From NCBI GenBank assembly GCA_009774245.1, contig VSNM01000005.1:21445-85444 (forward strand): a stretch of 64,000 nucleotides of DNA. Reading direction: 5' to 3'. This DNA is from Lachnospiraceae bacterium. Lineage in GTDB: Bacteria > Bacillota > Clostridia > Lachnospirales > Lachnospiraceae. Below, in pieces: positions 59,237 through 64,000 of the stretch. The notes beneath the pieces were generated by a model. It worked only from the letters and a program-made list of their open reading frames with translations, ran no database searches and was not told the DNA's origin. Both the position numbers and the translations under genes were made by a program. Position 1 is the stretch's first letter. Each line of letters starts with the position of its first letter.

Positions 59237-60646
59237 ATGAACAGGACAAAGAAACAGGCGCTCAATCCCTATCTTCCCCCGTGGGAGTATATACCGGACG
59301 GCGAGCCGTATGTGTTCGGGGACAGGGTGTATATTTACGGTTCGCACGACTATTATAACGGTTATGTGTTCTGCATGGGGGACTATGTGTGCTGGTCGGC
59401 GCCGGTGGACAATCTAGGCGACTGGCGCTATGAGGGCGTCATCTATCCCAGGGATGCCGACCCGTTGAATAAAGACGGGAAAATGTGTCTGTACGCACCC
59501 GATGTCACGGTGGGGCCGGACGGCAGGTATTACCTGTATTATGTGCTGGACAAAGTGTGCGTTGTGTCAGTTGCGGTCTGTGATACACCGGCGGGGAAAT
59601 ATGAATTTTACGGGTATGTGCACTACGGTGACAACACCCGCCTTGGCGAGCGGGAGGGCGATGAACCGCAGTTTGACCCGGGTGTGCTGACGATAGGGGA
59701 CAGGACTTATCTCTATACCGGGTTCTGTCCGAGGGGAGACCACACGAGGAGCGGTGCCATGGTGACAGTGCTGGGCGCTGACATGCTCACGGTCACGGAG
59801 CCGCCGCGCATCATCGTGCCGGGCTGCGAGTATGGCGGGAATACGGGATTTGAGAATCATGAGTATTTTGAGGCAGCCTCGATCCGCATGGTGGGAGAGA
59901 AGTATTACTTTATCTATTCGTCCATCGCGATGCACGAGCTGTGCTATGCGGTCAGCGACAGGCCCGACAGGGGATTTGTCTATGGAGGCGTCATCGTCAG
60001 CAACTGCGACCTGCATATAGACAGCTACAAGCCGGCTGACCGCCCGATGGCATACGGGGCGAACAATCATGGAAGCATCGTCGAGATTGAAGGGGAGTGG
60101 TATATTTTCTATCACCGGCACACGAACGGTACATGGTACAGCCGTCAGGGATGCGCAGAGAGGATCGAACTGCTTGAGGACGGTACGATCAAACAGGCCG
60201 AAATGACTTCCTGTGGGTTGAACGGAGGACCGCTTGCGGGTGAGGGAGAGTATGGCGCGTACCTTGCCTGCAATCTGTTCACCAACACGCCGTCCGTCTA
60301 TGTGGGGGATGACCGTTTTCCGAGAATTATGCAGGACGGGCGCGATGGCGATGAGAATCCGGGCTACATTGGCAATATGAAGGATTCTGCAACAGCGGGA
60401 TTCAAGTATTTTGACTGTAAGCATGTGACGTCATTTTCGGTCAGGACGCGCGGGTACGCGGAGGGTTGTTTTGAAGTGCGGACGAAGTGGGACGGGGATG
60501 TGCTTGCGGAGATTCCGGTGCACAACGCCAATGTCTGGGAGGAGTACAGCGCGCCGATTGCGCTTGAAGACGGTGTCCATGCGATCTATCTTACCTATCG
60601 GGGGGACGGGAATGCGTCGCTGTTGTCCTTTGCGCTGGGAAGATAG
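59237..60646 (+). CDS. GH43 glycoside hydrolase with CBM6-like C-terminus
   Basis: EYIPDGEP, YAPDV, FDPGV, FEAASIR, NNHG; AGFKYFD. Confidence 0.88.
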   Translation: MNRTKKQALNPYLPPWEYIPDGEPYVFGDRVYIYGSHDYYNGYVFCMGDYVCWSAPVDNLGDWRYEGVIYPRDADPLNKDGKMCLYAPDVTVGPDGRYYLYYVLDKVCVVSVAVCDTPAGKYEFYGYVHYGDNTRLGEREGDEPQFDPGVLTIGDRTYLYTGFCPRGDHTRSGAMVTVLGADMLTVTEPPRIIVPGCEYGGNTGFENHEYFEAASIRMVGEKYYFIYSSIAMHELCYAVSDRPDRGFVYGGVIVSNCDLHIDSYKPADRPMAYGANNHGSIVEIEGEWYIFYHRHTNGTWYSRQGCAERIELLEDGTIKQAEMTSCGLNGGPLAGEGEYGAYLACNLFTNTPSVYVGDDRFPRIMQDGRDGDENPGYIGNMKDSATAGFKYFDCKHVTSFSVRTRGYAEGCFEVRTKWDGDVLAEIPVHNANVWEEYSAPIALEDGVHAIYLTYRGDGNASLLSFALGR

Positions 60647-60697
60647 GAAGGCCGCGCCTTTTATATGGCGGGATAAGAGAAGGGAGGACAAAATGCA

Positions 60698-63148
60698 ATG
60701 GGAGGTACAGGATTGTTTCAAACGATCAAGAGCAAAATACTGCTGATGGGGATTTTTTCGATCCTGGCAGCGGTCTGCATCGGTGTGCTGGGAATCAATT
60801 CATTGAACAGGAACAGCAGCAACAGTGAGATCGGTTCGCTCGTCAATGAGATCGATGTGCTGCAGGCAAAAAACCTTGCACTCGAGGCACAATACCAGTA
60901 TTATATTGATCAGAAGTATCTGGACAATATACTGGGTAATCTGGAACAGATGGTATCCAATGTGGAGCGGCTGCGCGATATGACGGGTGCTTCGTACAGT
61001 GAAGATACCGAGAAGATGCTGGCCGGGCTGATGCAGATTCAGTCAAATTACAGCGACATCAGGGAGTGGAGCGGCACAAGGGGATTTGACGGCATAAGCG
61101 GATTGTACGGGCAGTATTTCGAGGCGAACAGCGCGCTGTCGGAGAGTTTTTCCGTGCTGGTGGATAAGCCTGAATGGCTGGAGATCAAGTGGATTGATGC
61201 CCGGATGTGGTCGAGCGGTGAGCGTGTGGAGGTCAACGGCAGGGAGTATGTGAAGCTTGCCTATACAGGACCGGTGCCAAACGGTGTGAGGAGAAATTCA
61301 CTGATATTCCGAATTGGAGGGACACTCACCTACCAGGGCGACTGCTATATCACGGATATCCGATTCACCAAGGGCGCGGATCAGGCAGAGATCGACCTGA
61401 ACGCAGTCGAATCTGTCAAGGGCTCCAATGTCGCCTATGTGGACAGCGAGGTCACTACGTTCGATGCCAGGCCGGCGATCCGCGTAGGCTGCAGCTTTAC
61501 CGCCGCCAATGAGGCATGGGAGGAGTTTGCAGTGGAGATACCGGTCAGTGAGTATGACCCTCAGAATTACTCCACGATAGAGTACACGATGTATCTGGAA
61601 CCCAACGACATGGCATATGAGTACAAATACGGCGGTGCCTATTCGGGCGCTTACGGCTATAGCGGGAGTCTGGAACAGCTCGACAAGGATGTGGATACAT
61701 ACAGCAGGCTGGTGGTCGAGGGAAAAGATGTGGCGGAGGTTTATACAGGGATTGAGCAGCTGATCGCGGAGATGGAGACAAACATTCCCTTATATACGAC
61801 AGACAGCGGACTTGCTGGGGATTCGATGGCAAAGCTTGGCGCCAAGAAGGAGATTCTCGCACAGATGAAGGCGCTGGACGATCAGATCCTCGCACTAAAG
61901 GCAGAGAATGCAGCGCTGAATGCGGAGCTCACGAACTTGTGCGAGACGATCAAGGATATGGCCCTGACAGATATGGCACAGGTGAAATCGATGGTGGAGA
62001 GACTGAGTGTGATCGTTCTCGTCGCGGCGTCAATGATACTTGTCGGGATGACGGTCCTGATCGGCACGGGCATCGACAGGAGCGTGACGAGCTTCAAGAA
62101 CGCGCTGGATAAGATTGCGCAGGGAAGCATCTTTGTCAGGATCAGGGCAGATAAAAATGACGAGTTTTCGCAGTTTGGAAGAAATCTGAATGGGTTTCTG
62201 GATAAACTGGAGGGCAGTATCAGGCAGCTGCAGGGAATTTCTACAAATCTCGCGGAGACGGGCAGCGAGCTTGAAAGCAAGGCAAACAGGACAAAGGGAG
62301 CATCGGAAGTGGTGAGCACGGCCCTGGAAGAGATTGCACAGGGGGCAGCGACACAGGCGGGTGACATTTCGGATTCCTCCCAGCAGGTATCCAGGATGCA
62401 GGAGAATATGTATCAGATCACGGCGAGTGTGGGCAGTCTGACAGACACTTCCAGGGAGATGAGTGAGAAGGGCGCCGAGGCGGCAATGATCGTCCAGGAA
62501 CTGAGCAGCACGAGCGACCAGACAACCGATGCATTTATAAAAATATCGGAACAGATCCATAAGACAAATGCGTCCGTCGTAAAGATTCAGGAGGTGGTCA
62601 ACCTGATCGCGGAGGTTGCGAGCCAGACGAATCTGCTGTCCCTGAATGCCAGCATAGAGGCCGCGAGAGCCGGGGAAGCCGGCAGGGGGTTTGCGGTGGT
62701 GGCAAGTGAGATCCAGAAACTTGCGGAGCAGACCAACTCATCAGCGAAAGTGATTGATGACATTATACTGACCCTGTCGAAAGAGTCGCAGGAGACTGTA
62801 CTGTCGATCAACGAGGTCACGGATATGATCATGAACCAGAAGACTAAGCTTGACGAGACCAGGATGAAGTTCGGTGTTGTCGAGGAAGGAATATGTGCGG
62901 CTGCCACCGGGATGAAGACAGTGCAGGAACAGGCTGACGTATGCGGCAGGTCGGGAGAGCATGTGGTCAGCCTCATGACGAATCTGTCCGCCATAGCGGA
63001 GGAGAACGCCGCGACAACAGAGCAGACCAACGCTTCGATGAATGATTTGAATGACGCCACGGCATCGCTGGCACGGACGGCGGAGGAACTCAAGAAGCTG
63101 TCAGTTGCGGTGGAGGAGAACCTGAATTATTTCGTGACAGAGGAGTAG
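60698..63148 (+). CDS. Methyl-accepting chemotaxis protein with an unusual extracellular sensor
   Basis: Two TMs, HAMP (KNDEFSQF), [34 protein letters not shown]. Confidence 0.93.
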   Translation: MGGTGLFQTIKSKILLMGIFSILAAVCIGVLGINSLNRNSSNSEIGSLVNEIDVLQAKNLALEAQYQYYIDQKYLDNILGNLEQMVSNVERLRDMTGASYSEDTEKMLAGLMQIQSNYSDIREWSGTRGFDGISGLYGQYFEANSALSESFSVLVDKPEWLEIKWIDARMWSSGERVEVNGREYVKLAYTGPVPNGVRRNSLIFRIGGTLTYQGDCYITDIRFTKGADQAEIDLNAVESVKGSNVAYVDSEVTTFDARPAIRVGCSFTAANEAWEEFAVEIPVSEYDPQNYSTIEYTMYLEPNDMAYEYKYGGAYSGAYGYSGSLEQLDKDVDTYSRLVVEGKDVAEVYTGIEQLIAEMETNIPLYTTDSGLAGDSMAKLGAKKEILAQMKALDDQILALKAENAALNAELTNLCETIKDMALTDMAQVKSMVERLSVIVLVAASMILVGMTVLIGTGIDRSVTSFKNALDKIAQGSIFVRIRADKNDEFSQFGRNLNGFLDKLEGSIRQLQGISTNLAETGSELESKANRTKGASEVVSTALEEIAQGAATQAGDISDSSQQVSRMQENMYQITASVGSLTDTSREMSEKGAEAAMIVQELSSTSDQTTDAFIKISEQIHKTNASVVKIQEVVNLIAEVASQTNLLSLNASIEAARAGEAGRGFAVVASEIQKLAEQTNSSAKVIDDIILTLSKESQETVLSINEVTDMIMNQKTKLDETRMKFGVVEEGICAAATGMKTVQEQADVCGRSGEHVVSLMTNLSAIAEENAATTEQTNASMNDLNDATASLARTAEELKKLSVAVEENLNYFVTEE

Positions 63149-63335
63149 GGAGAATCAGTTCCATATTTTAAATCAATTATCATTCCGTGCATATACGATT
63201 GATATTCCTGTTCCGCGCGCAGGGGCAGACCGTGTATCTATGTCAAGAGGACGGACAGGACGCCGAAAACAACGACGATTACCTTTACCTTTCCAGATGG
63301 GCAGACAGTGGATTATCAATCAATTTTGAAGCAGA

Positions 63336-63376
63336 GGGAAGTATTTCCGTAAAAGATGGAGATACTTCCCTTTTTT
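63336..63376 (+). terminator. Terminator-like hairpin
   Basis: GGGAAGTAT (63336-63344) / ATACTTCCC (63362-63370) followed by T6. Confidence 0.6.
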
Positions 63377-63403
63377 GCGTGGAAAATTTCACCTGAAAGG
63401 AGA

Positions 63404-63850
63404 ATGTCAATGTTGAAAAAACCAATGACAACGGAAGAACTGTTTGACAAGATTAAGGGTATCCTGCAAGAAAAGGACAAACTGCCGGATGGCGCGTGGG
63501 ACAACAGCTTTGGAACCAGGAATTATAAGTGGAGCTACCGGGGGAGCAGGACTTCCGACGGATGTGCGGCCGGATACGGACTGGCTGACGATCCCGTGCT
63601 GCAGGAAGCATTCCGGAGAAACACACAGCTTCTGGAACGGTGTACGCAGGACGGTCTGCTGTACGGCGGGTATATATTCGCAGCCGCCGGGGAGCCTCCC
63701 TGTGTACATCACACGTTCTGCCATGCCAGAGGGCTTGCTGTTTTTCTTAACAAATCGGGCAGAAAGGGCAGACAAAATGTGCATTATGCGAAATCCAGGC
63801 AGAAAAACGGGTTGAAGCAGGGAAGGTGGATTGTACTGGAGTGTGTTTGA
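63404..63850 (+). pseudogene. Probable chimeric remnant ORF
   Basis: AAGGAG RBS, MSMLKKPMTTEELFDKIKGIL...LPD joined to GAWDNSFGTRNYKW...CVHHTFCHA, which looks like an internal part of a larger protein. Confidence 0.45.
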
Positions 63851-63860
63851 AAAAGTATTG

Positions 63861-63912
63861 TTGACAAGCGATACAGGACAGGGCATAATGAGATTCATAA
63901 AAACGTTTTTGT
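63861..63912 (+). promoter_or_regulatory. Sigma-A promoter with LacI-type operator
   Basis: TTGACA (63861-63866), 17 bp, CATAAT (63884-63889); palindrome AAAAACGTTTTT at 63899-63910. Confidence 0.75.
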
Positions 63913-63975
63913 ACAAACGGGTAATCTGAATCGGGAACCGTCCAGGTCAGCGGACAGGTGGAAGGAAATGTGAAA

Positions 63976-64000
63976 ATGGAAGAGAATAAAACGTGTGTTT
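63976..64000 (+). CDS. Start of a gene running off the window
   Basis: AAGGA RBS, ATG GAA GAG AAT..., downstream of the promoter. Confidence 0.55.

Noticed and set aside
18944..63093. Many long antisense/alternative-frame ORFs (e.g. 18944-19918, 21272-22276, 34644-35633, 45453-46544, 49817-50953, 54709-55677)
   Set aside because: They are shadows of GC-rich coding genes, with no family motifs and full overlap with well-supported CDSs.
1..64000. CRISPR array, cas genes, rRNA, tRNA
   Set aside because: No regularly spaced repeats with unique spacers and no recognisable RNA gene or cas motifs were seen by eye.

Overview
Firmicute chromosome, most like a gut Lachnospiraceae, in three parts. (1) 1-2000: housekeeping genes (pfkA 3' end, AraC regulator, NUDIX hydrolase). 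(2) About 2000-18950: a more AT-rich decaying mosaic. Intact genes here are a Na/Pi cotransporter with a Pho-box-like site, a PhoP/PhoR-like two-component system, a Ca/Na antiporter and a LysR regulator. They sit among nested IS remnants (a 15-bp-TIR IS, ExeA-type transposon pieces, IS630, IS91) and many genes broken by stops, frameshifts or deletions. (3) About 18960-63150: a GC-richer, roughly 44-kb xylan/hemicellulose utilisation locus. It encodes GH8 Rex, GH39, four GH43, GH3, GH10, GH115, an SGNH esterase, GH5, two AraC regulators and an ABC exporter pair. It also holds a nine-gene sugar ABC import module with NHL, Yip1 and DUF5696-like accessory proteins. The most novel-looking elements are a chemoreceptor whose sensor contains an apparently circularly permuted CBM17/28-like domain, a tandem pair of U32-like Cys/His proteins inside the glycan locus, and the accessory-laden ABC importer. 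No rRNA, tRNA or CRISPR array was seen. All family calls come from motif recognition by eye, not from database searches.
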